Below are positions 1-12,679 of a DNA stretch of 64,000 bases, piece after piece. Both the position numbers and the translations under genes were made by a program. The notes below the pieces were generated by a model. That model was not told the DNA's origin. It did not search any database and saw nothing but the letters and a program-made list of their open reading frames with translations. Positions within the stretch are counted from its first letter, which is position 1; each line of letters starts with the position of its first letter. This stretch comes from Glycera tridactyla (Eukaryota): the NCBI GenBank assembly GCA_965644265.1, contig OZ286464.1, positions 92,070,001 through 92,134,000 on the forward strand. The letters are read 5' to 3'.

Positions 1-1061
1 ATGTAACGCCGCAGGGCAAACCAAGAGAAAAATAACGCTCTCTAACATGTGATAGAATAAATGAAGTACGGACATGATATTTAATTGTTCGCTTAATCGT
101 GCTTGAATAGGAATCTGGCACTAAATGTACATCAGGCAAAGCAAACATGTTAGCGTGAAGTGCGAACTGATCAGCTGATAACATGAGAACCTCAAGGTGG
201 AATCCCGAATCATTAAGATGCAAGTTATCAGAATCCAACAGGGATGGCAAAACATCATCGCTCTCAGCTGATTCAATACCAGGAACACGTTTCAAACGAT
301 ACAATGATCTGGTACGGACAATGCGTAGGTTATACTGCGATTTCAGGCTCAGTCTTAACATGACGATCAATCTTCTTAGCAAGTTCACATGCTTCCGTAC
401 ACCACCACGATCTGATCTGCACAGGCACATAGAGTATACTTGCCTTGGGATGCGAACGTGATAAGAAATCAAAACATCCATTGATTTCTCGTTTTATGAG
501 AGTATCCCATGCATCCAGATTAGCCTGTGCCATCCAGCTGACATCTTCTTGGTTTACGAGGTTTGGCAGATCAGAGTTGCAGTTATGCAGATCATCTGCA
601 TCATTTGAGCCCAACAAAAGAACAATGATTTCTGGGTCAAAGTTAGATTTCAGGTACGTCGATAGCTGGTCACCATACTTAGTCTGATTACGTCGAGATA
701 AGTCCAAACCCTTAATATTACGTTCAAACGACCAGAATTACGAACCTCCCACACTCAAGGTTTCAGTACGACTAAAAAACGGATGAATAATTTCATCATG
801 CGATGCATCTGCAACGTAGTTATAGAGACATCGATCATGACTGTCACCTGCAATCAAGATCGATGGAGCTCCCACATCGTCAAATTGCAGCTTTGCTTGC
901 CTGGGGTGATCAGGGCCAGATGGTGATACCCGAGATTTCGCCTCCTTCTCCTCATCCGGAGTCACAAGCAAGCTCGGTAGCTTTTCACGAGGATAGTAAC
1001 GTTTATAGATTGGTAAACCATTACCTGACATCATGACAACCGAGACAGCTTTGCCACACAA
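1..1061 (-). pseudogene. Decayed SGNH/GDSL-hydrolase ORF, possibly transposon-borne; runs off the left edge
   Basis: All four SGNH blocks in order: ILIAGDSH (GDSH 837-848), LSVGG (~745-760), LLLGSND (GSND 600-611), DSDNLHLN (DNLH 218-229). In-frame TAA at 738-740 and a frameshift near 340; the frame then stays open to base 1. Confidence 0.7.
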
Positions 1062-2803
1062 GATTCAGGTTCTAGGCGGTAGAAGATACCCCAGATGTCG
1101 CAAATCCCTGTACTTCTGTCGTGATGGGTCCTCAAGAAGAAGAACCACTGGTTGGCGCAAGCTAACCAGGGCTCTCGTAACTTGAGATGTAGACGAGTGG
1201 TTCACATGGAGGGAAGGAACTTCACAGGCCTAGATTAGCGGCTGGCAGGTGATCCACACAAGGACGATGAGGTTTCAACTGGTTTGCGTAAGCGAACCAG
1301 GAAACAGAAAAACTGAGTGTCCTAGTAAGATAGCAGGCTGACAAACGCAAGTATGTTAGGTCTAAATGTCGCCATGAGCTTAGCAGATCAGCGACTACAT
1401 AGGAGACTCCAGATAGTTGTCAAGCCCTGGCAATAACGACAGCTGTAGCACAGACAGCGGCCACTCAGACTGAAGCAAATCTAGTTCAATGGTAAAGTCA
1501 CGTAAATCATGAGTCGTTATAAGTAAGTAGATAAATCAAAATGACTAGTATAAGCGACGATTAGTGCTTACGCAGTGTTGGATACTCCTCTTCGTATGTG
1601 CCAGCCTGTAGTGAGGTTCGGCTACCAGCACCACGTGGCCGTACCTGATTCTCCTTCTCAAAGGCCCATGAGGAAGTTTTTCCATCGTTGCGGTGGACAC
1701 GGCTAGTCCATTAAAAATATCCTGGCAATTACAGCTTCTGAGTATGAGGTGCTCTTCTCAAAAGGCCTAGTGCAGGGATAGCCCGACTCAGAATGTTTTT
1801 CCAAACGAAATGTCTGTCTTGAAATGCCTGTTTCGAAATACAATGAAACATTGCTGATGAGTGTGCACAAATGCTGATGAATACAGAAAATACATCATAT
1901 TACGAACTAGAAATTGTGGCAGAGAGCTCAAATGACGGCGATTTGATGTCCTTTTTTACTGGACCCGTCTATAATTGATAGTAGCTGACAATAATGCAAG
2001 GCTACCAAAATCTGGTTGGTTTGCTCATGTCACTGGCACTGGGGAGGACCACACCAGATTCCTGAAGAAGGGTAGCGTTTTGTCATTCATTTCGAGTATT
2101 GTCTATCAATTACCACTTTTTGAAAATATTCCTATAACATGCCTCTATGTTCCACCCACAATTCCTATAAAATTCCTATATTTTTGGAAAAATTGTCCTA
2201 TAAAAATTCCTATATATTCATCGATGGCTGTTGTCAGGACTGTGAATGTTTTTCCTGGCTTGCCACAGGAACGTCCTAGTTCAGAGATTTTGTCTTACCC
2301 GTAACACGTGACGCTACCTGCCCTGAATCTGGGTATGACCCATATGAAATTTTCTCCTTCAAATAATCAATGTAAGACTAACATTTTTGTACATCCTGAA
2401 AATGTTGTCTTGATGCAACCTGCTAACGGATGTTACTTCTGATATGATTATCGAGATAGATCATTTCCCCAAAATCAAAGATCCATGTTTGTATTCTCAT
2501 AAATGTTCTTTTTGCTCTGATGCGAATGTCATTCTGAGATCTTAGGTCACTAGACCCCAATTGGAGAGATTGTTTTTGGTACATCCTGTCGTGTGCATGT
2601 CTGTATTCCCATAACTGTTTTTCTTTCTGTGATGTGACTGTCATTCTGAGATCTTGGGTCACTTGACCCCAATTGGAAAGATCACAGTTGGGATTATGCC
2701 TTAACTTTCTGAAAATGCCTTAAGTTCCTGAAAACACAGGTTGTTGATCCATCATAAAATATTGAATGCGGTCATGATGTCCCAGTGATGCAATATTATC
2801 ATC

Positions 2804-3057
2804 ACCCTGCCCTTAGATGATAGCGCGCCCCTATTGTCCTGAACACCCTGCCCTTAGATGGTAGCGTGCCTCTATTGTCCTGGACACCCTGCCTTAGATG
2901 GTAGCGCGTCCCTATTGTCCTGGACACCTTGCCCTTAGATGGTAGCGCGTCCGTATTGTCCTGGACACCCTGCCCTTAGATGGTAGCGCGTCCCTATTGT
3001 CCTGGACACCTTGCCCTTAGATGGTAGCGCTCCCCTATTGTCCTGGACACCCTGCCT
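2804..3057 (+). repeat. Minisatellite, ~6 copies of a 41-bp unit
   Basis: Unit ACCCTGCCCTTAGATGGTAGCGCGTCCCTATTGTCCTGGAC; related dispersed copies at ~3411, 3641, 3991, 4141. Confidence 0.9.
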
Positions 3058-6039
3058 CGTATTTGCTGTTTCATACTTTCACTCTTGAGATCTCCTGAGG
3101 TCACTAGACCACATTCAGAAAAAACACATATTTTCTGAAAATTCATTATGTAATTCTGGATGTGCGTCTCGATATCTTCATATTTGCTGTCTCTAACTTT
3201 TCTAACCCTGATGTGTGTCACATTTGTATGACAATGTGTCCAATTCCACGTGACAGCATTTCCTCATTTATTAGCATGATCTCTGTTGGATAAATGTTTC
3301 TGATGATACATTATGCAATACATGACTGCCACAACACCTTCACTCCATTTTCCCTGAGAATATAAATTTGTTGACCCAGGTGTTATACATGTGTGTGAAC
3401 AGTGTATATTCCAGTGATGCAGCACAGCCCTTAGATGGTAGCGTGGCCCTCTGCCCTGGTTCACCGCCTAATTCACATGGAGCATGTCAAATTTTAGTAC
3501 ATGGCCATGAGAGAGGTTTCTGTGGGATGGGATTTGCCGGTGGGAACCAACATTGCCACAAACTTCTTACTCCATTACCTTGAAAATATGAGCTTGTGAA
3601 TTCACTGCCCGAGAAATACATGAGTTTTAGTCTTGGGTGCACCAGTGATGCAGCACTAGCCTGAGATGGTAGCGCATCCATCGTTTAAATCATTCACCTC
3701 CTATCATCCTCAATTTCATGGAAGTGACCAAAAACTGTTAAGATAAGTTCACTTGTCATCGACATCCAGTTTTGTATTCAATGATCAGATTCTTGTGAAA
3801 AAAGGTTCAAGTACAAATAGCTGGGTACTAGAAATATGAGGAACAACATTCCAAGGTACGGGATATGATTGTGGAAGCCGGAAAATTGGAATGTGTGTAG
3901 AGAGTGCATGTATATTAATGAAATACTATTTTCAGCAGTTATTATTGTCAATTATATCAAAATTAAATACTAGTACTACTAGAACCGCTTACCAGTGATG
4001 CTATCCTGCCTATAGATGGTTGCGTTGTCCCGCTGTCCTGGTCTGTCACCATCATTTAGCAAATTCAACTATAATTCAATCAGATATACCTAGAAATTTA
4101 ATCAGGATCTACCGTGGATTCAAGAAAATTGGTGTGTTTACCAGTGATGCTATTCAGCCCATAGAAGGTGAAGTGGCCCCTCGTCCTGGTTAATCACCGT
4201 TTCCAAGGCCATTGCAGAATATAGCAATCGGAATTGACATTGGTGTATGGAAGTGGGTTTGGTAGACAGGATCTGCCAAAATCTGTGAAATACGAGGCAT
4301 CGTGAAATGTGATCCAGATGATCAATCAACATCCATGAATAGGAGAAACTTGCATTATTAAACCATCAGAAATTACTTCGTCGGATTTCAAATAGATAAT
4401 TCTTATCTGAATACATTGTACTCCGAAGTGCTAACTTATTCTGCATTCTTTTGTATGCAAATGTGGATAATGCCCCAAGGGCAGAGCTTGAATGGTTCAT
4501 TGACAGCTGTGTTCACTGCAAATGATGAGATATCTCGAGTGAATAGCACTAATGGAAAGTGGTGCTTCCATGTGTTGTATTCCATCACCCGAATGGTATG
4601 CATCATGTGATCAAAGCTAGCTGAATGTGACAGGTGGGCTGAAAGATCTTCTTGTTTAATACTGATATTATCATCATTATATTATTTCTCTTCCAGGGCT
4701 CTACGGTGCTACCTTTGGGTAGCCAATGGCTACCAAATTTATCCCCTGGCTACCATATTGTGAAAGTTAGGAGCCAGCCGCCCCTAAAGTTTTGAGAGGT
4801 TGTTATTGCCAATGTATTGACTGTCTACTAAAGTTTTGCGCTGGCTGTCAAAATTTTCAATTTATTTTAGCCAAGGTAAAGGCCTGGCTTGATAATGTAT
4901 ATTAATCTCCATGCTTTCACATGAGTATAGAAACAGGCATCAGCTCTACAATGCCAGGGTTGGCTGACACATGAGCACCTAAATTACATCGGCTCCCTGT
5001 AGTTCCCAGTGCTTGCCGACTGGGATATCAAAGGTCGCCCGTGTATATGGCAGTCTGTTCCTATACGAACCACTGCTGTCTTTTCACAAAGAGTAGGGGT
5101 GGCCCCCGACAATGGTGCCTCTTTTCTTCAACATTTTCAATGTTCAGTCTGATTCAACCCAAGAAGGATGAGAGACGTACGTCAAACTCAAACAAAGAAA
5201 CAAACAGACGAGCAAACACTGGCTCACAGTAGTGTCTTAACAGATTACCAATAACCACCCACCAACACTATGATGATGCGGTCTCAGTGGTGGTTGATTG
5301 ATCGTTTTAAATCTCGTTGGCACCTTTTGGGCTATATTGAGACGACCATATGTGAAGGACATGGATTATTCAAGGCTCCACTTTGTTAAAAGTGAAATTA
5401 TATCGTATTCAAAAACTCAAGGTGTTATTCCTGTTGTTGTTGTTGTTGTTGTTGTTGTCAACATCATCTGTCAATAAATACATGATTGAAAAAAATAATG
5501 AACAAATAGATAATAAATGAATGANNNNNNNNNNNNNNNNNNNNNNNNNNNNNNNNNNNNNNNNNNNNNNNNNNNNNNNNNNNNNNNNNNNNNNNNNNNN
5601 NNNNNNNNNNNNNNNNNNNNNNNNNNNNNNNNNNNNNNNNNNNNNNNNNNNNNNNNNNNNNNNNNNNNNNNNNNNNNNNNNNNNNNNNNNNNNNNNNNNN
5701 NNNNNNNNNNNNNNNNNNNNNNNNNNNNNNNNNNATTGGCAGCACTTCGTGGCCCAACAGCATCTGAGCAGCGCCATCTGTCAGTCAAGCACCTCGCGAT
5801 TCGGGCTGGCCCACTGTTGCACTGTGTTTGGCGGCCGCGATACATCGCACAGACTCTGTAAATGTCAGATTTGGTGGAGGATTTTAGATACGGTGAGCGG
5901 AAGATTACATACGCGTGACCACTGGATACAAAATCCCACCCAATTTTTGGTCTGGAGGAAGAGTACTAGGACTGCCGTCGTTTTTATCGGAGCTAAGCGT
6001 CCACAGCCATCCAACAGTGTCCAACCCTGCCATGTTTGT

Positions 6040-7504
6040 CATGCTGTCATCCACATATTTTCTGTTGTAACTGTTGTTCGTTGTATCACCTGATTAGCAG
6101 AAACTGACTTTTTTTACACATATCAAAAACTAATTTTTGATTTTATTTGATCTTTGAGAAAAACATCCAAACAAGTAGGAGTTGCTGATATATGCCGATC
6201 GGTCCTTGGCGCAGCGCCATCGGCTGATCAGGTCGCGGACAACGTCTCTATTGGGCTACGTAGCTTATTTGGAGGGCGTTAGTCAATTAACGGACGCCTC
6301 TCATTTGACGGACGCTGAATAAAATGCAGATTCTCGCCATTATAAGTCAAACTTCATCAAAAATCCCACACTACCAGATAGAACATGTAATAATCTTCTA
6401 ATGTGAGAAATTTGATGGCTATCGGTCACGTTCCGGAGCGCTGGCGACAATTTTTTCGAGTGACAACGATCATGAATATCAACCTTCCTCCAGTAATTCC
6501 TCTGCGCGCAAAATTGAGGAAGCCGCCGCAACGAGATTTTTCTTATGTATAAAGAAAACAAAATTCCCCATCGATTGTATGTATTACATTTTGAATCGTA
6601 TGTATTCATTTTTATATATCTTGGTCCAAAGTCGGCAATATCGGATGTAAACAATCGCCGCCATCTTGTTTTTGACTCACCAGCTTCTCAACTTTGAGCC
6701 TGGATATTTCAGCAACCGCTCGATATAGAACGAATACGAATACGGTGTACTAATGCCAAGGGATGAAAGATAATCATACTCAATTCTCATAATTTTTCAA
6801 TGTGTTTATCCCCTCCAAATCCGAGTGCAAAGTTACGATTTTACGGCAAACTTACGCCATTGCGAATCATCCTTTCCCGCCTGCCGTGTTGGTGACATCT
6901 GGCAGGGGTTCCCGGGATCGCCCAGCGATTGATTTCCGCGAAGAACGCCGCCATTTGCCGTTGTTGTATCACAAAATGTGTGCAAACGATCGTTTTCTGA
7001 CATGTTATGGTGGTTACTGGTGAAAGTTGATGTATTTATGGCCGTATATCGCAAATATTCGCGATTTTTCGAGATTCTGATGACGTCATCAGGAAACCCC
7101 TGTCCGTCAAATTACTAACGCCCTCCAAATGAGCTACGTAGCCCAATAGAGACGTTGTCCGCGACCTGCTGATGGCGCCGATCGGCCGATGGCGCGTAAC
7201 ATATTCTATACCACAGATTTCTCGAAGGTTGATCACATACCCATACAGATGGATACATTCTGTCAATATGAAAGATTACCTTCGCTTTGAAAATTGGCAA
7301 AAATGATTTTTGCCAACCTTTGACCAGAGCTACTCGGTTCATGGATCAGCATATATCAGCAACTCCTACTTGTTTGGATGTTTTTCTCAAAGATCAAATA
7401 GAATCAAAAATTAGTTTTTGATATGTGAAAAAAAAATCAGTTTCTGCTGATCAGGTGATACAACGAACAACAGTTACAACAGAAAATATGTGGATGACAG
7501 CATG
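6040..7504. mobile_element. Non-autonomous foldback/MITE-like element with ~160-bp inverted arms
   Basis: 6040-6200 is the near-exact reverse complement of 7344-7504; a second inner inverted pair lies at ~6227-6290 and ~7115-7178; no coding capacity. Confidence 0.8.
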
Positions 7505-9004
7505 TGTTGGCAGTTACCCTGTCTACCATTGATGCATTCACTGCATTTTATCTCAGTAGGAGTCCCAAAAATATTTTTGAGTCTCAGCTTATATGGCCAA
7601 AGATATTTTTTGGGGGGAACATCTTGCCAGAGAAAACACAGGAACATTCCCCCAATCAAGCTATTTTCATGGCTACCAATGCATAATATACACGACGCAT
7701 CGCGCGAGTTCTTGGGCGCTGCCATATTGGATTTCCGCGCGAGTACCACTTTGCCCGCTCACTTCCGGTCTAGNNNNNNNNNNNNNNNNNNNNNNNNNNN
7801 NNNNNNNNNNNNNNNNNNNNNNNNNNNNNNNNNNNNNNNNNNNNNNNNNNNNNNNNNNNNNNNNNNNNNNNNNNNNNNNNNNNNNNNNNNNNNNNNNNNN
7901 NNNNNNNNNNNNNNNNNNNNNNNNNNNNNNNNNNNNNNNNNNNNNNNNNNNNNNNNNNNNNNNNNNNNNNNNNNNNNNNNNNNNNNNNNNNNNNNNNNNN
8001 NNNNNNNNNNNNNNNNNNNNNNNNNNNNNNNNNNNNNNNNNNNNNNNNNNCTGTCGCATCTCCTGTCCCTCGAAGTTGGTGAGTTCATTTGGTGCGGAGC
8101 CTTCACATCGTCACTAACCCACACCCCCTCCCAGTGATGGGTTGGTGAGTAGATGTCAGACAGCTGAGTCTCCGCAAAGCTCCCCCCATCCCCCCCCCCC
8201 CCCCCCCCCTCCTCACATTCAGGTACATGGCGAGAGGACACAGGGATGAGGTGTGAGAACGTTCGATACACTATGGTGAGTAGGTGTCAAGTAGGTGAAT
8301 TGTGCAAGGTGACTGGTCTTCATCTTTCTCACTCATTGACCCCCCCCCCCACCCCCACCCCCACCGCCGCACTGGCTCATTGTTCAGAGGTAAAGGTGTG
8401 GAAGCCACGGCTCAAAGGTCCTCTTTGATGCATGAAAGCAGTGGCTCAATTTTTGAAGAGCAGCCCGAAAGTAACACATGGAAACTGATAGCCGACACAC
8501 AAGTGNNNNNNNNNNNNNNNNNNNNNNNNNNNNNNNNNNNNNNNNNNNNNNNNNNNNNNNNNNNNNNNNNNNNNNNNNNNNNNNNNNNNNNNNNNNNNNN
8601 NNNNNNNNNNNNNNNNNNNNNNNNNNNNNNNNNNNNNNNNNNNNNNNNNNNNNNNNAGGTGATAAGACAGATAGAGACGAACACACGGACGGGTAGACAT
8701 ATATACAGATGCACAGATGGACAAACAGACAGACAATGATGGTGATGATGATTATAATGATTATGACGACTACGATGACGACGACAATGTGACTTTGCTA
8801 TCTGCTACACGTGGTGACGACGATCGTTCTATCATCTGCCACTCATCGATGCTACCCGCCAGGAGAGCGCTCACCATCGGCGCAAGTAGGCCGGAAGTGG
8901 TGGGGCAAAGTGAGCGCGTCTGCTATTACCCATGATTCATCGCGCGAACTGCAGCGCCCTCTAGCCAACAAATCGTCCTCTATATAGGACAGAAATTCAC
9001 CAAC

Positions 9005-9450
9005 AATCCATCCATCCATCGATCAATCAATCGATCAGTCCATTCATCCATCCTTTCTTCAATCGTTCCATCCATCCATCCATCCATCAATTGATTGATC
9101 CATTTGTCCATCCATCCATACATCCATGGATCGATCCATCCATGGATTCATCAATAAATTCATCCATCCATCCACCCATCCATCCACCAATCAATCAATC
9201 AATCAATCTACCAACCCACCAATCTGTTTATCCACCCATCCAAAAATCCATCCATCTATATATCCATCCATCGAATCATCGATCTACCCATCCATGGATT
9301 GATTGATTGGTGGATTGGTATATAGATGGATTGATGAATGGATCGATGTATGGAATGATTGATTGATTGAGGGATGGTCAATTGATTGATTGGTGGATGG
9401 GTGGCTTGATTGATTGATGGATGCAAGGATTGATGCTTGAATGGATGGAT
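9005..9450. repeat. (ATCC/ATCA)n followed by (GGAT/TGAT)n microsatellite
   Basis: Degenerate tetranucleotide tract that switches strand at ~9295. Confidence 0.85.
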
Positions 9451-9483
9451 GAGGAAATGAGTGGTTTTTTTTTTTGTTGGGGG

Positions 9484-9630
9484 TTTAATGTCACGTCAGC
9501 TCCATTTGGGCTATATTGTGACGCCCATGCAATGCGCATGGGTGGGATCATTCAAGACTCCTCCTTCTGGATCCCGAACAGAAGGCAAAAATTCATGAAA
9601 TTCACAGACACTCAAGGTGTCATTTCTGTT
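9484..9630 (+). mobile_element. Dispersed repeat, probable SINE remnant
   Basis: TTTAATGTCACGTCAGCTCCATTTGGGCTATATTG...CACAGACACTCAAGGTG recurs at 45458-45592 (+), 35070-35190 (-), with weaker copies at ~5305-5430 and ~32260-32320. Confidence 0.6.
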
Positions 9631-10124
9631 ATTAAAAATGTTGACCGTGGTGTTACCATGTGAACATGAGATTCGTTCACATAGCTTCCACTGGGTCAGT
9701 TATTTTAGGCCATTGTGTTACGCAGCGAACATGGGATCAGTTCACTGGCCTCCACTTTGCCGGAGGAAANNNNNNNNNNNNNNNNNNNNNNNNNNNNNNN
9801 NNNNNNNNNNNNNNNNNNNNNNNNNNNNNNNNNNNNNNNNNNNNNNNNNNNNNNNNNNNNNNNNNNNNNNNNNNNNNNNNNNNNNNNNNNNNNNNNNNNN
9901 NNNNNNNNNNNNNNNNNNNNNNNNNNNNNNNNNNNNNNNNNNNNNNNNNNNNNNNNNNNNNNNNNNNNNNNNNNNNNNNNNNNNNNNNNNNNNNNNNNNN
10001 NNNNNNNNNNNNNNNNNNNTGTTCGAGAGAGCGAGTGAGCGAGCAAGCGATGGGTTGTTGTTGATCTCACATCAAACACGACAACGGCAATTAAATGCTG
10101 CTTTGAAGTTTGTGCCAAATACTG

Positions 10125-11240
10125 TTCCGAAATGTCAATTTCCGAGCCTAAGCCTGGGCGTCCGAGAGAGTATAATTGATACCGTTAGATTCACAAGAAG
10201 ATTTGCTTAGAAATAGATTATGTTACTGTTTGATTTAATTGAGAATAATGTAAAAAAAAACACAATATGAGGGAGACTGACTATGAGAAAAAACGAACGG
10301 CACTTTGCAACAAACACTGTTCCGAAATCGGTGTTCACGATAAAATGATTGATACCAGTAGATTCATAAGGAAATTTGCCTCAAGATAGGATATGTGACT
10401 GTTTAATTTAATGGAAAATAATATCGGAAAAAATTTCGGGAGAAATCGGTTGGCTGCTGTGAGAACGAGTCGACAGGATTACCTAAAAAACACCTTTTCA
10501 AAATGTCAATTTCCAAACCTGAGCCGGGGTGTTCATGAAAAAATAATCCATACCATTATATTCACAAGAAAAATTGCTTCAAGATAGGCTATGTGACTTT
10601 TTAATTTGTTAGAGAATAATATCAGAAAAAATCACCACAATATACGAATGTCGGGAGAAACTGGCTGACTGCTATGACTACAGATCAACGGCACTACTCA
10701 GCAGACACCTTTTCAAAATGTCAATTTCCGAACCTGAGCCTGGGTGTTCATGAAAAAATGATTCATACCATTGGATTCACAAGAAAATTTGCTTCAAGAT
10801 AGGATATGTGACTTCAATTTAATGAAGATTAATATCGGAAAATGTCACCAGAATATACAAGTTTCGGGAGAAACCGGCTGGCTGCTACAAGAACAAGTCC
10901 ACGATACTACCTGACAAACACCTTTTCAAAGTGTCAATTTCCGAGACTGAGCCTGGGTGTTCATGAAAAAATAATTGATACCAGTAGATTCACAAGAAAA
11001 TTTGCTACAAGATGGGATATGTGACTGTTCAATCCAATAGAAAATAACATCGGGAAAAACATCACAATATGCGAGTTTGGGGAGTATAATACACGCAAGA
11101 GAGACTTGAGGCAGCATTTCAATCATGCTCTCAAAAACACAAGTTTCCAAGCCTGAGCCTGGTGGTTTGAAAGCACATATCATGCATCAAAATGTTCACA
11201 CTGAGCCCTTCTCCAAGATGGGATATGTGACTGTTTGATT
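10125..11240 (+). repeat. Degenerate tandem array, ~6 units of ~200-215 bp
   Basis: Recurrent AAATGTCAATTTCC...CTGAGCC(T/G)GGGTGTTCATGAAAA...TTCACAAGAAAATTTGC...AGATAGGATATGTGACT at ~10130, 10500, 10715, 10930, with partial copies at ~10325 and 11140. Confidence 0.85.
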
Positions 11241-12503
11241 TTCGTGGGATATCAATGAAAAAAATGGGGTTAAAAAAACTTTTGACTTACTTTGACCACA
11301 GTTTCAACATACAATATTCCAGCCATATGAAACCTATGCCATCCGAACCAGTGCGAAGATTGCAATCAACTGGCCAGATTTCAAAGTCCTACCACTGTTG
11401 GTGGCTGAAAGACGTCGAGTTAATGAGCAGATGTCAGGCTAGAACACAGGGTCAAAGGAATACAGCCACTTTGAAGTCGCTGGGTGATGTTCACGCCTAT
11501 CCCCCAGCTCAGTCACTCACTAACAATCACTTCTCACGCCTTCAATCCATGACTTTCATGCATGACTGCATACAGAATTGGTCATGAATATTGTTGTGGA
11601 GACATTTGTGAAGAAAGCAAGTCAAAATATTTAAAATTGATGAAGAAAAACGAAAAATAGTGGGACAGGGTTGCACTGAAATGAATATTTTGCCAGCAGT
11701 ATGAGCAGCCGCCGGACTCACTACCCCTGCACTTCTTGAGAATTGCACTCATTCCCATTTGAGTGTGCCTTTTTTTTTGTTGGAGAGAATACCGCCTCTC
11801 CTCAAGTTTTAATGGATGTAGGAATCAATCAACTGTTGAATATGGTAACCTACCAAATGAGTCTCATTCATATGGAGGGGTTTGTAGCACTTATCTCAGC
11901 GTACATATGGCTTTCATCACCACACCGCACCTGAGATAGGCCTACTGGGTACAGGATGCCAAACATCCTCTCTGGCGGCCGGGGGGTGGGGGGGGGGGGG
12001 TAACCCTCGATTGGACAATATGTGTCAAAAATGCTGGATTCGTTGGGAGGGCTGGACATGATTTTCCACCACCTCTATTATCACTATGCCAGCCACCGCC
12101 TTTGTCATCATGATCATGATCTCTTGTTTTCTTCTCTGTGATTCCAGTGAATGAATGATCGTGAAACTTCCTAACCATGTCTGGTAGGTAACAGTTTGAT
12201 ACATAATTCCAAGTTTCCACATAACTGGTCACAGAGTCCAATCTAGAAATTGACTTCAGACGGGGTGTTTTCAGAGAATTGGGGAATTTTCCAGGCAATG
12301 CCATGATGTTTCAAATAAATAGAAAAAATGAGCTTGGTAGTGTGGCCAGGTGAAAACAACTTCCCAGGAGACAGAATAGACAATTGTCATTTTTAAAATG
12401 CATCAATTGGGCTTTCTGAAGGGGCAAAATGCGCCCCTCCATCCAGAACCAAGAGGCGTCCTGTCAGGCCCCCTCTTCACACTGTGGACACCGCATTACT
12501 CAC

Positions 12504-12679
12504 TACAGTGAGACCTGCGATGAGAGACCACCCTAAATGTCCCCAAAAAGCAGTCTCCCAAAAGAGGTGGTCTCTCGCCAGAGGTGTATTTGACATAGTC
12601 AAATAAGAATGCTGCCCTGGCAAAGTGGGATCCTGTTGGAGGTTATCTCTCATCAGGGGTCTTGTCAAACTTGGACTGC
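12504..12679. mobile_element. TA-flanked pogo/Tc1-type MITE (degenerate)
   Basis: TACAGTGAGACCTG start, decayed ...TTGGACTG end, internal GAGACCACC motifs shared with the copy at 19786. Confidence 0.65.

Larger units (their letters stand above)
5525..10019. other. Region with four assembly gaps (5525-5734, 7774-8050, 8506-8656, 9770-10019); two more at 38515-38646 and 38856-39120
   Basis: Runs of N; ORF calls spanning them are artefacts. Confidence 0.99.

Noticed and set aside
2804-3057. CRISPR-like appearance of regular repeats
   Set aside because: Units are contiguous with no unique spacers, there are no cas genes, and the context is eukaryotic.
5409-10210. Long ORFs containing X runs
   Set aside because: They exist only because N gaps contain no stop codons; the same applies to those at 38085-39261.
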